64,000 bases of DNA, taken from positions 1 to 64,000 of the IMG/VR virus record IMGVR_UViG_3300044675_001501; one strand, 5' to 3'. Shown here one piece after another: positions 6,608-14,812 of this stretch (position 1 is the first letter of the stretch; every line of letters starts with the position of its first letter). This DNA comes from a virus (taxonomy: Duplodnaviria; Heunggongvirae; Uroviricota; Caudoviricetes). A program made the translations under genes and the position numbers. The notes under the pieces are model-generated. The model saw only the letters and a program-made list of their open reading frames with translations. It was not told the DNA's origin and made no database searches.

Positions 6608-6853
6608 TTACGCAAAGAGACCAAGGCGATACGCAGCTGCTACCATCGCACGAGTAGGCTTACCAATGCGATACTTTACAACTGGCTCACCCTTACTATC
6701 GCTTTTAGAGTTTGCGTAAACGCAATAACCCTGCTCGCGAAGATTGCGAATAGCAGATGCGGGATGGGCGATACCGAACTGACCACGGATTTGTGAAGCA
6801 GTTAGTTCTTTACCATTTTGTAGAACCTGCAAAAGTTTAGATTGACGACTCAT
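6608..6853 (-). CDS. small winged-helix/HTH DNA-binding protein
   Basis: The start is probably ATG 6853 (MSRQSKLLQVLQNGKELTASQIRGQFGIAHPASAIRNLREQGY), with GAGGA upstream. It follows the pattern of a helix-turn-helix followed by a beta wing. Confidence 0.55.
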   Translation of the reverse strand: MSRQSKLLQVLQNGKELTASQIRGQFGIAHPASAIRNLREQGYCVYANSKSDSKGEPVVKYRIGKPTRAMVAAAYRLGLFA

Positions 6854-6889
6854 AGATTTAATCCTCATTCAAGTCAATACCATCAAACG

Positions 6890-6929
6890 AAAAAAAGTCA
6901 AGAGTGGTGATGGCATTCCCACTCTTGAC
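6890..6929 (-). terminator. rho-independent terminator
   Basis: An 11-bp perfect stem, GTCAAGAGTGG/CCACTCTTGAC, is followed on the minus strand by TTTTTTT. It lies directly after the stop of ORF 6947-7324. Confidence 0.8.
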
Positions 6930-6946
6930 TGTCAAACCAAGTCAGC

Positions 6947-7324
6947 TTAGACTTGGATACCGTTAGCACGAAGTTCTGCGGTAAACTCATCTTCATCGAT
7001 AGACACTGGCTCAGCGTCCTCGATAATTTTCTCGAGCTTCTTCTTAGCAGCAGCAGTTTGCTTAGCTACTGCATCTTTGACTGAACCTGTAGACTTCGGT
7101 CCAGGAAACGCAAAAACTCCACGCGAAATTGTGTTGTTAGCAGACAACCAAAGCGGATAACCAATTTTTGGAGCACCGTCGGTGCGCTTCTCATGAAGAT
7201 CCCAAAAAAGTTTTTGAACTTCTTTGGTCGTAATAGTCTCAGCCGAAGCAAGTTTCGGATTGAGAGAAATAAAAGCATCGATACAACGCTTTTGACCCTT
7301 AGACAAATCAGCATATTTCAGCAT
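6947..7324 (-). CDS. hypothetical protein sharing an N-terminal motif with the CobS-like ATPase
   Basis: A 125-aa ORF. The segment GYPLWLSANNTISRGVFAFPGP resembles KFPSWLMTNKVGRGLYAIPGG in the N-terminus of the neighbouring AAA+ protein. The C-terminal half is lysine- and alanine-rich, then acidic. Confidence 0.5.
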   Translation of the reverse strand: MLKYADLSKGQKRCIDAFISLNPKLASAETITTKEVQKLFWDLHEKRTDGAPKIGYPLWLSANNTISRGVFAFPGPKSTGSVKDAVAKQTAAAKKKLEKIIEDAEPVSIDEDEFTAELRANGIQV

Positions 7325-7379
7325 AGTTTAACTCCTGTGTGTGTTAATAAAAAAGAAACTACTCAACTTTACAACTATA

Positions 7380-7408
7380 ATTATACCCCGACTGGGCATA
7401 AATGTCAA
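7380..7408 (-). promoter_or_regulatory. sigma70-type early promoter (TTGACA-17-TATAAT)
   Basis: Perfect -35 and -10 hexamers with a 17-nt spacer on the minus strand. A 6-bp hairpin, ATAACC/GGTTAT (7411-7435), lies just upstream. Confidence 0.75.
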
Positions 7409-7441
7409 GCATAACCCTACAGTTTGCAAGGTTATTTTCAG

Positions 7442-7464
7442 CCTTTAAAATCAAGGACTTACAG
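7442..7464. repeat. 23-bp direct repeat, copy A (cctttaaaatcaaggacttacag)
   Basis: Identical to 11004-11026. Copy A overlaps the last codons and the stop of the CobS-like gene. Confidence 0.9.
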
Positions 7465-8614
7465 CCTCCCCTTCGGCTACAGGGGTTTCCACAGCGGCAG
7501 CTGAGGACTCTTCAACGTAATCGCCTGTCGAAACCTTTTCGAACAAGTCAACAAAGGCAAGGCGAGTAGCGTCATCAAATCGATTCGTGCAAAGTTCAAT
7601 TGCTTTCTTCTGATTCTTGAAGATCGCATAAGCACGAACGATGTGAATTAAACGGCGAGTAGTAATTGTTTCGTCAACACCACCAGCATCAAAAGTACGG
7701 CGAATAGCATCAGCCCACTTGACCATGTTCTCAGCAAACTTCTCATCAAAGCAACCGTAAGAAGTCATGAGATTAGTAACGATCTTCATCTCAGTACGCT
7801 GCTCAGGGTATTCCTGGTTGAAGGTAACAGCGAATCGCTCAAGAAATGCTTCGTTAAGAACATTGGTACCAATGTAACGACCATCTTCGCTACCCTTACC
7901 TTTTGTGTTTGCGGTAGCAAAAATATTGAAACCACGAGCAGGATAGATAAGTTCGTTTTTCAGTTTGAAGTAGAATGGCTTACCTTCAAGAATTGGCTGC
8001 AAGCACATCAGAGTATTTGAGTTACCAGCATCAATCTCATCAAGAAGCAGAGGAATACCAAGACGCATAGCAATAACGATTGGACCTTCAACGATTTCGA
8101 CATTACCATCGATCAAAGTCTTAGTGCCAATCAACTGATCTTCATCAGTCATGCTGTTAAAGTTAATACGAATCAGCGGACGCTTACGCTTTGCGCAAAT
8201 CTGCTCAATGCTGGTAGACTTACCGTTACCAGTTGGACCGCTGATGTAAGAAGGATAAAAGATCTCAGACTTGATAATCTCATCAAGATCTTTATAGTTA
8301 CCGAAGGGGACATAGTTAGGATCAACCTTCGGAATCAAAGATGAAGTGTCGCTATAATTCACAATAACATTCTCATTTTTTTCGGGAGCCAAAGCTGTAT
8401 TGCCAACAACTGGTGCTGTAATATTACCACCAGGAATAGCATACAAACCACGACCAACCTTGTTAGTCATAAGCCAAGAAGGAAACTTGTCAGTTCCGAA
8501 TGAAGTCATAACCTCAATCAATTGAGAGCGAGAAACGACACCCTTAGAAGAAACATCAGGGAACATCTCAAAAAGTTTGGTTTCAAACTCATCACGATAA
8601 GCAGCAGTAGTCAT
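7451..8614 (-). CDS. cobS: AAA+ ATPase, CobS-like / MoxR-like
   Basis: Contains Walker A GPTGNGKST and Walker B LLLDEID, with MoxR/CobS-type spacing. The start is probably ATG 8614, with GGAG 7 nt upstream. An N-terminal extension of about 90 aa precedes the ATPase core. Confidence 0.8.
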   Translation of the reverse strand: MTTAAYRDEFETKLFEMFPDVSSKGVVSRSQLIEVMTSFGTDKFPSWLMTNKVGRGLYAIPGGNITAPVVGNTALAPEKNENVIVNYSDTSSLIPKVDPNYVPFGNYKDLDEIIKSEIFYPSYISGPTGNGKSTSIEQICAKRKRPLIRINFNSMTDEDQLIGTKTLIDGNVEIVEGPIVIAMRLGIPLLLDEIDAGNSNTLMCLQPILEGKPFYFKLKNELIYPARGFNIFATANTKGKGSEDGRYIGTNVLNEAFLERFAVTFNQEYPEQRTEMKIVTNLMTSYGCFDEKFAENMVKWADAIRRTFDAGGVDETITTRRLIHIVRAYAIFKNQKKAIELCTNRFDDATRLAFVDLFEKVSTGDYVEESSAAAVETPVAEGEAVSP

Positions 8615-8647
8615 CAAAATCTCCATAATAAAATTTACTACAATTAA

Positions 8648-8676
8648 ATTATACTAGCATTGGCAATTAATGTCAA
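8648..8676 (-). promoter_or_regulatory. sigma70-type early promoter (TTGACA-17-TATAAT)
   Basis: Perfect hexamers with a 17-nt spacer, between the CobT-like stop and the CobS-like start. Confidence 0.75.
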
Positions 8677-8690
8677 GCAAAATGCAAACT

Positions 8691-10928
8691 TTATGCAACC
8701 AGCCCAACAAAGCGATTCAGAAGGATCCGATTTGTCTTCTGAACATTCAGATACTTGTTGAACGCTTTTGCAATTTGCTTGCTATTCATCTTGTCAGAAA
8801 CTTCCAAGTCTTCATCTTTAATTGCAAGTTTAGACGAAGGGATAATATACAGTTCATCACGACCACAGTTTGTAAGCATAGCGAAGTCATTCTTACGAAT
8901 TTCTTTTTGCATTGCTTCAACCGTAGCCATATCCTCAATAGAACCACCCTTAGCAGAAGTAACATTGTTACGAACAAACCAAGTTAGATCACGGCGAGAA
9001 TTTCTACCGATGTAGAAACCAACAGTAGTAGCGTTATATCGATCTTTGATAATCTGCAGGAACACATTAGTTTGTGTGCTAGATTCCTGAGTGATACGAT
9101 ATTCTTTCTTAGTAATTGGATCAACCAAGTAGTTAAGAACTTTACAACGCTTGTACTCTGGCTCATATACGGTAACGTATTCACGAAGAGACTTGTGATG
9201 ATTACCGTGAAGAGTTCCACCCTCGCCATCAGTCAAAGTAATAAATGTCAGTTTCTCGACATTGTTCTTTGACTTAAACTCAGCAAGATGGTTAGTCATA
9301 AACAGCAACGCTTCATTAAGCGGAGTGCTATTAAGAGTCAATCTAGAACTATAATAATAGAAATTAGAAAGACACATCTGAACCATCTTAGTAAATTCAC
9401 TGTTAGTCATTTTATCAGTGAACAACTCAAGAAGGTAAACATCGGCATTGGTAAAACCGTTGAACGATACATCAGTCTCATCAGGAACTCTGGTATAAGG
9501 ATCTTCTGGGTACAGAATATCACCACGTTCGTTTCTAGGATAACGATCGAAACCATTGCTAAATGCGTAGACACGGAAAGGAATCTGTGCACGCTGGCAG
9601 AACATAACCAGAGTAATAGTTTGCTTCAGCGTATCATGAATGTTATCATACATTGAACCAGACCAGTCAAGCAACATAACCATACCGTGATTCTTTGTAT
9701 CTTTAGTAACAGAGATACGCTTAAAGATGTCATCGGTCAACTGATACATCGCCAGTTTGTTTACGTTCAAATTACCAGTCTTAGAAATTTTACTACGACG
9801 ATAAGCAGTAGCTGACTTACGCATTTCAAATTCTTTGACTAGATAATTGACGATACGGCTACTTTCAGACTTGAATTGTTGAGCAGCTGTGGTCATTCTA
9901 TTAGCAGCTTCTGCTCGCTCCTTATTTCTGTCTGCGTCTGTCAAATAACGATTTGCGAAGTGACGATCGAAGTCTTCATCAAAAACTTTGAAGATTTCTT
10001 TATAAGGTACAACCTGATTGACGTCACGCAAATTGGCAGTCTTAGGTTCCCAACGCTGAACAATAGTATTCGTATCTGCTAGGTCTTGAAGGCGAACACG
10101 CAGGGCACGTTCTGTTTGCGACTCCATTTCAGTGGTAGTCGGTAAGGTAGAAGTATTCTGTGTGTTATCACCAGCAACAAAACGCTTGTTAGAACTGTCA
10201 GACTGTTCTTCATGTTCTGTTTCAGTATAGGGATCATACTCGCCGTCAAAGAAGATTTCATCTTCATCTTCATCTTCATCAACATCACCGAACTCAATTT
10301 CGGTATCGTAATTCATTTGCTCTTCGATATCATCGAGATCTTCTTGAGTGAGTTCTTTGTTGGAGTTGAGTTCTTCCTTACGCTTTTTCAATTCCTCATA
10401 AGAAAAGTTGTAAACTTCAAGAGCAAGATTCTGCACGTCTTTGATAGTGTCGCACTTGTCAACTCGGCGAACAAGTTCCATTTCTTGCGGTGTAAACTTA
10501 ACACCAGAGTTGATGCCAACTTTGTAATAGATGTTGATGCGGTCAATCAGCAAAAGTTTGCTGAGGTCTTTGTCTTTAACTTCAAAGAAGTCTTTGTCGT
10601 TGAGGTATTTGTATCCAGCAATAAAGCATTTACGCAAGCCAGGATACTTGTTCTTCATCATTTTTTCAATGCGAACATCTTCAATCACATTAAGATAACT
10701 GTGCATCTTGTGGTAGTTTTCTGTTTGAAGGTATTCTTGAGAAGTGAACAAAGCATGCCCAACCTCATGGGAAATGAGCATGTCCTCCACATCTTCGTTC
10801 ATTTCTTTCCAAAGAGGGAGGACTAGTGTACGACTGGTGATATCAAATGAAGCAGTAGTCGTTCTTGCGCGAACCACGTTCAGGTTCTCGGCTGCAAGAA
10901 GGCGAGCAAGCATGTCCTTACTATTCAT
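8691..10928 (-). CDS. VWA-domain protein with N-terminal HExxH metallopeptidase-like domain (CobT-like / DUF2201-like)
   Basis: HEVGH lies at 10755-10769 and is followed by NVIEDVRIE. An acidic low-complexity linker is present (DVDEDEDEDE). The MIDAS-like motif D-W-S-G-S-M lies at 9651-9668. The start is probably ATG 10928, because the track start is a TTG inside the SD region. Confidence 0.75.
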   Translation of the reverse strand: MNSKDMLARLLAAENLNVVRARTTTASFDITSRTLVLPLWKEMNEDVEDMLISHEVGHALFTSQEYLQTENYHKMHSYLNVIEDVRIEKMMKNKYPGLRKCFIAGYKYLNDKDFFEVKDKDLSKLLLIDRINIYYKVGINSGVKFTPQEMELVRRVDKCDTIKDVQNLALEVYNFSYEELKKRKEELNSNKELTQEDLDDIEEQMNYDTEIEFGDVDEDEDEDEIFFDGEYDPYTETEHEEQSDSSNKRFVAGDNTQNTSTLPTTTEMESQTERALRVRLQDLADTNTIVQRWEPKTANLRDVNQVVPYKEIFKVFDEDFDRHFANRYLTDADRNKERAEAANRMTTAAQQFKSESSRIVNYLVKEFEMRKSATAYRRSKISKTGNLNVNKLAMYQLTDDIFKRISVTKDTKNHGMVMLLDWSGSMYDNIHDTLKQTITLVMFCQRAQIPFRVYAFSNGFDRYPRNERGDILYPEDPYTRVPDETDVSFNGFTNADVYLLELFTDKMTNSEFTKMVQMCLSNFYYYSSRLTLNSTPLNEALLFMTNHLAEFKSKNNVEKLTFITLTDGEGGTLHGNHHKSLREYVTVYEPEYKRCKVLNYLVDPITKKEYRITQESSTQTNVFLQIIKDRYNATTVGFYIGRNSRRDLTWFVRNNVTSAKGGSIEDMATVEAMQKEIRKNDFAMLTNCGRDELYIIPSSKLAIKDEDLEVSDKMNSKQIAKAFNKYLNVQKTNRILLNRFVGLVA

Positions 10929-10959
10929 AATGTAGGTCTCCAAGTTTATTACAGTTAGA

Positions 10960-10988
10960 ATTATGCCCTATTTATGAATTAAAAGCAA
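10960..10988 (-). promoter_or_regulatory. sigma70-type early promoter (TTGCTT-17-CATAAT)
   Basis: Located in the intergenic region upstream of the CobT-like gene, with a 17-nt spacer. The hexamers are weaker than in the other promoters. Confidence 0.5.
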
Positions 10989-11003
10989 GTCTTGCATATT
11001 TGT

Positions 11004-11026
11004 CCTTTAAAATCAAGGACTTACAG
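11004..11026. repeat. 23-bp direct repeat, copy B (cctttaaaatcaaggacttacag)
   Basis: Identical to 7442-7464. It lies 5 nt downstream of the gp46 stop. Here the flank extends it into a 6-bp hairpin, GTCCTT/AAGGAC. Confidence 0.9.
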
Positions 11027-11030
11027 AGGG

Positions 11031-12749
11031 TTATGGTGCTGACATGACTGAAAAATCGTTCTTCTTTTCGAACTTTACCACACTATGAAACTTGTCAAAT
11101 AGTTGGTCGCCCTTGTGAGAAATTACAAAAACATTAGTCTTTTCGCCCAACTGATTCATCACACTCAAGAAATAGTCAGTTCCTGCTGTGTCTAGAGATG
11201 AATCAAAGATCTCATCCAAGATAAGTAGGTTAGTGTTAACTGAGTTCTTCATCTTCGCAATCTGTCGCCAAGTAAACAAGATAGCCAAGTCAATACGCAT
11301 CTTCTCACCTTCTGAGAAACTCGCATAGGTAAACTCATCACGGAATCTAGACTTAATAGTTTCGTTGAATGATTCATCTAATTCAAAGTGAACATAGAAG
11401 TCCATAGCCTGTAGATACATGTTAATTAACTTGTTCATAGCAGGTAGATATTCTTTGATCACCGCAGTCTTAATTCCAGTGTCCTTTAGTAAGGTAGCTG
11501 AGATTTCTTGAATAGTTCTTTCTTCGCTTAGGACTGTCTTTCTGTCCAGGAACTGCATAGCAGCTTTCGCTAACTCCTTCAACTTAACTTTTTCAGCATC
11601 AATACTTTCAGTGTTAGACTTTGTGTTTTCTATTTCCTGAAGGAGTTTAGTGTTCTGAGAGTTTAGAGTTGAGATTGTGCTATTCATAGTTGAGATTTCA
11701 ATGTTTAACTCAGAGATCTCAGTAACTATGTCATCTATTTGCTTCAATCTAGTTCCTAGATCTTCTAGTCTAGTTTTGATACTATCTTTCTCTGTCTGAT
11801 TAATCTCAAGATCAGCAGTTAAAGTAGTCGCAATCTTTTCAGCATGGGAATGTGGGATGTTCTGATCGCAAGATGGGCACTGGTCGTTTGACGAAAAGAA
11901 TCTAACTCTTTCGTTTAGATCAGAAACTTTTTGATTAATCTTTACCAAAGTTTCTTTAAATGAGGCAATCCCCTCAGTAACAGCTTGCTTATCTGCTATA
12001 TCCTCTCGTAATTCCTTAACTCGATTAGATAGTTCCGTAAGAGTTGTTGTTGTGGTATGAATCTCAGCTTCGTTTGATTGAATTCTTGTTCTAATAGAAT
12101 CAAGGTGCTCTTTCTTTGAAGTAACGAGGCTAGAGATGATCTTCTGTTGAGACTCCACTGCTGACTTTGAAATTTGTAGCTGCGATTCGACATTAGCCAA
12201 TTCCTCTTTGGTTGCTTGTACTTTTTCTTTTAAGAGTTGATTCATCGTAGAGAAAATCTTAATGTCTAAGATATCTTCAATAACTTCTCTACGCTGACCA
12301 GAAGGTAACTGCATAAATGGAACAAATGATGCGCTACCCAGAATAACAACCTGAGTAAATGTCTTATAGTTTAGTTTTAAGATTTGTTGCTCTAGAATCT
12401 TTTGGTAATCCTTAGAGGCAGCATCTTGATTGATTAGATTGTCGTTGTGATAGATCTCAAACAAGTTTGGTTTGATACCACGCTTGATAACATAGTTGTT
12501 TGAGGCAATAGAAAATTCTACTACAACCAAACACTGCTTTTGATTGATGCTGTTGACTAGCTGCCCTTTGTTAATGTTTCTAAATGGTTTTCCGAATAGA
12601 GCAAAACAAAGAGCATCTAGAATAGTCGATTTACCGTCACCATTCTTACCAACAATCAATGTTGACTGCGAACGATTAAGTAAAACTTTATTTGGGGAAT
12701 TGCCTGTTGATAAAAAGTTTTTCCATTCTATAGATTTAAATACGATCAT
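11031..12749 (-). CDS. gp46: recombination endonuclease subunit gp46 (Rad50/SbcC-like)
   Basis: N-terminal Walker A GKNGDGKST, a long central coiled coil containing a CPSC zinc hook, and a C-terminal signature and Walker B (LILDEIFD). It is syntenic with gp47. Confidence 0.92.
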   Translation of the reverse strand: MIVFKSIEWKNFLSTGNSPNKVLLNRSQSTLIVGKNGDGKSTILDALCFALFGKPFRNINKGQLVNSINQKQCLVVVEFSIASNNYVIKRGIKPNLFEIYHNDNLINQDAASKDYQKILEQQILKLNYKTFTQVVILGSASFVPFMQLPSGQRREVIEDILDIKIFSTMNQLLKEKVQATKEELANVESQLQISKSAVESQQKIISSLVTSKKEHLDSIRTRIQSNEAEIHTTTTTLTELSNRVKELREDIADKQAVTEGIASFKETLVKINQKVSDLNERVRFFSSNDQCPSCDQNIPHSHAEKIATTLTADLEINQTEKDSIKTRLEDLGTRLKQIDDIVTEISELNIEISTMNSTISTLNSQNTKLLQEIENTKSNTESIDAEKVKLKELAKAAMQFLDRKTVLSEERTIQEISATLLKDTGIKTAVIKEYLPAMNKLINMYLQAMDFYVHFELDESFNETIKSRFRDEFTYASFSEGEKMRIDLAILFTWRQIAKMKNSVNTNLLILDEIFDSSLDTAGTDYFLSVMNQLGEKTNVFVISHKGDQLFDKFHSVVKFEKKNDFSVMSAP

Positions 12750-13069
12750 TTATCTTTCCATTTCCATCCAAGCATGAACTCAGTATATTTTCTATTAAGC
12801 CAACTTGGTTTCTCAGTTCTCCATATTTGGATACTTTCAGTAACCTGCCAATAACCAATAGAGTCAGGCGATGGTATAAACTGAAAAGAAGGAGAAGTGT
12901 TTATTGTTGTACTACCTGTTAAACCATTCGCAACCAAGTAACTAGAAACAGTGTTTAAAGAAACTAGATTAGATTTCTGTCTTTGATAATCTTCGCATGG
13001 TGAATAGTCAAGATTCAGCGGAATCTGCTCCGTCAGCGGAAAGAAATATCTTATTTCTAATTGTTGCAT
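12746..13069 (-). CDS. hypothetical protein between gp47 and gp46
   Basis: A 107-aa ORF that overlaps both neighbours by 1-4 nt. No motif recognised. Confidence 0.45.
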   Translation of the reverse strand: MQQLEIRYFFPLTEQIPLNLDYSPCEDYQRQKSNLVSLNTVSSYLVANGLTGSTTINTSPSFQFIPSPDSIGYWQVTESIQIWRTEKPSWLNRKYTEFMLGWKWKDK

Positions 13070-14133
13070 TAGACCACCTCAACATTAATTGCCTCAGTAT
13101 AAAGAGACTTCATATAAGTTTTGACTTTCTCTTTGTCAGTATCTGTTTGAACAGAGTCGATGTAATCATTTAGCAAATCAACAGTGTCCTCAAGATTTAT
13201 GTCTGACGAAACTGCGCCTTCATTGTATTCAGAGAAGTCTTCAATAATTTTGATCTCGGCGCATCCTTTATTATATAACTGTTGAAGGAATTGGTCAAAC
13301 TTGTAATAATCAGTCTTGTTAACAACTACAACTTTAACGAAACAATTTTTTAAGTCGAGTAGCGAAATGTCTTGGACTTCGCTGGTGTCGTCGTACTCGA
13401 ATCTTGTAAACATACTATAATCGTTTCTGATAAACTCGAGTTGTCTGGTCCCAAGGTCAAACAAGTGAAACCCTCTGGGATCGTTATAGTCCTGCCACGT
13501 GAGCTCATAAGGATTTCCGAGGTAAAAGATATGACCGTCGTTAGAGCGATGATGGTAATGACCACTGAATACCATATCAAATTTTTTGAATAGATCTTTT
13601 CCGAGTCCCTCATGAGATTCCATCCCTCTATACATTGCGAAGCCAGCAATCTCAAAGTGCCCCATACAAAGAGTTGCTGATGTGTTATTGATTTCATCCA
13701 TCGCTCTTTGATAGTTGTCTGCGCATATCCAAGGAATCATGCAAACATCGCAATCAATATCTTCATAGTTGAGATGAATTGTTTGTGGGGTGTCGATTAC
13801 GTTGATGTTGTCGTACTCTCTTAAGAGTAGATCTGGTGAGTTTACATCGTTGGTGTTTTTGTAATAAGTGTCGTGATTACCAGCAAGCATATGAACTTGA
13901 ATTTCTCGCTTGGCTAGTTCATCAAAGAACATTCTCTTTGCTCTGTCAAGAGCATAGAAATTTACATACTTACGTCGATCAAAAGTATCGCCAAGAATAA
14001 GAACAGTATTAATACCAGCTGCGTCAAGACTAGGAAAGAAAATATTGTCATAGAATTTTTGAAAAAAGTCTAGAAATAAAACACTGTCATTACGAGCACC
14101 AAAATGTTGGTCAGTTATAATAGCAACTTTCAT
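13069..14133 (-). CDS. gp47: recombination endonuclease subunit gp47 (Mre11/SbcD-like)
   Basis: Calcineurin-like phosphoesterase motifs are present: DQHFG, GD.FD, GNHD, GH and GH.H. Confidence 0.92.
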   Translation of the reverse strand: MKVAIITDQHFGARNDSVLFLDFFQKFYDNIFFPSLDAAGINTVLILGDTFDRRKYVNFYALDRAKRMFFDELAKREIQVHMLAGNHDTYYKNTNDVNSPDLLLREYDNINVIDTPQTIHLNYEDIDCDVCMIPWICADNYQRAMDEINNTSATLCMGHFEIAGFAMYRGMESHEGLGKDLFKKFDMVFSGHYHHRSNDGHIFYLGNPYELTWQDYNDPRGFHLFDLGTRQLEFIRNDYSMFTRFEYDDTSEVQDISLLDLKNCFVKVVVVNKTDYYKFDQFLQQLYNKGCAEIKIIEDFSEYNEGAVSSDINLEDTVDLLNDYIDSVQTDTDKEKVKTYMKSLYTEAINVEVV

Positions 14134-14681
14134 TCTTCACCTTTTATTAAATCCTCAAGACTATTCGACTTTGCTAACTTTTTCTGTTTTCTTTTTTGCT
14201 TCTTGCGTTCAATAAAGTCATCAAAGTCATTGTTCATCTGCATATATTCAAGATACGTATTATGGTGGTCATCGCCATCATCATGATCCTGAAGTTCAAA
14301 CGCTTCGAACGGCATCTGTTGGATAAGTTTCTGTTTGACGTAGCTTTGTTTCTTTTCCTTGGCTATCGTCCTTAAGAACGAATAATATATTACCTGCGTA
14401 AAATAAGCAAATGGGTTATTGGATTTAGAAGGATCAAAGTTTTTAACAATAGCAAGACAGTTTTCAACACCGTCAAGTATCATATCATTACGGTAGCTGT
14501 AGTTAATGAAGTTACCTTTATATGAGAGGTGAGTAGCAATTTTGTAAAAGCATTCCCCAATATAGTTTGTAACTTGCGGAGGATCATCTCCTGATTCTTC
14601 AGCTTCTTTTACCTTTGTCTTCCATTCAACAATTGCTTTTAAAAATTCTTCATTGTTTACATAATGTGCACCACCTGCCAT
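14130..14681 (-). CDS. gp55: late-transcription sigma factor gp55
   Basis: Close match to the T4 gp55 pattern: YVNN.E(L/F)L.AI..WK, NP(H/F)AY.TQ and KE(R/K)K. The start is probably ATG 14681, with GAGGAG upstream. Confidence 0.88.
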   Translation of the reverse strand: MAGGAHYVNNEEFLKAIVEWKTKVKEAEESGDDPPQVTNYIGECFYKIATHLSYKGNFINYSYRNDMILDGVENCLAIVKNFDPSKSNNPFAYFTQVIYYSFLRTIAKEKKQSYVKQKLIQQMPFEAFELQDHDDGDDHHNTYLEYMQMNNDFDDFIERKKQKRKQKKLAKSNSLEDLIKGEE

Positions 14682-14711
14682 AACCAACTCCTCTTGTTTT
14701 TAACTACTTAC

Positions 14712-14740
14712 ATTATACCTTAACATTATCAATAAGTAAA
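14712..14740 (-). promoter_or_regulatory. sigma70-type early promoter (TTTACT-17-TATAAT)
   Basis: Located in the intergenic region upstream of gp55. The -10 is perfect, the spacer is 17 nt, and the -35 matches 4 of 6 positions. Confidence 0.55.
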
Positions 14741-14812
14741 ATATTTTTCTTTGCAAACTTTGCTTTTCGCTTGACATAAGAACATAATTACGGTGTAGGG
14801 GTTGATAGATAC

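Noticed and set aside
6924-6946. A possible promoter (TTGACT with TATTGA 16 nt downstream) overlapping the terminator upstream of the wHTH gene.
   Set aside because: The -10 is poor (TATTGA), the spacing is off, and the TTGACT is simply the descending arm of the terminator stem.
6550-8700. Locally higher GC in the wHTH/CobS-like region as evidence for recent horizontal transfer.
   Set aside because: Hand counts of 60-bp samples gave about 45% here, 50% in gp23 and 27-33% in several small ORFs. GC varies widely among genes in this window, so the value is not diagnostic.
10212-10826. A plus-strand 204-aa ORF, along with other plus-strand ORFs such as 8670-8987, 9288-9656, 35416-36003, 40616-40978 and 49140-49475.
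   Set aside because: All of them lie antisense and fully inside long, well-supported minus-strand genes. They have low-complexity or hydrophobic translations and lack SD sequences. They are typical shadow ORFs.
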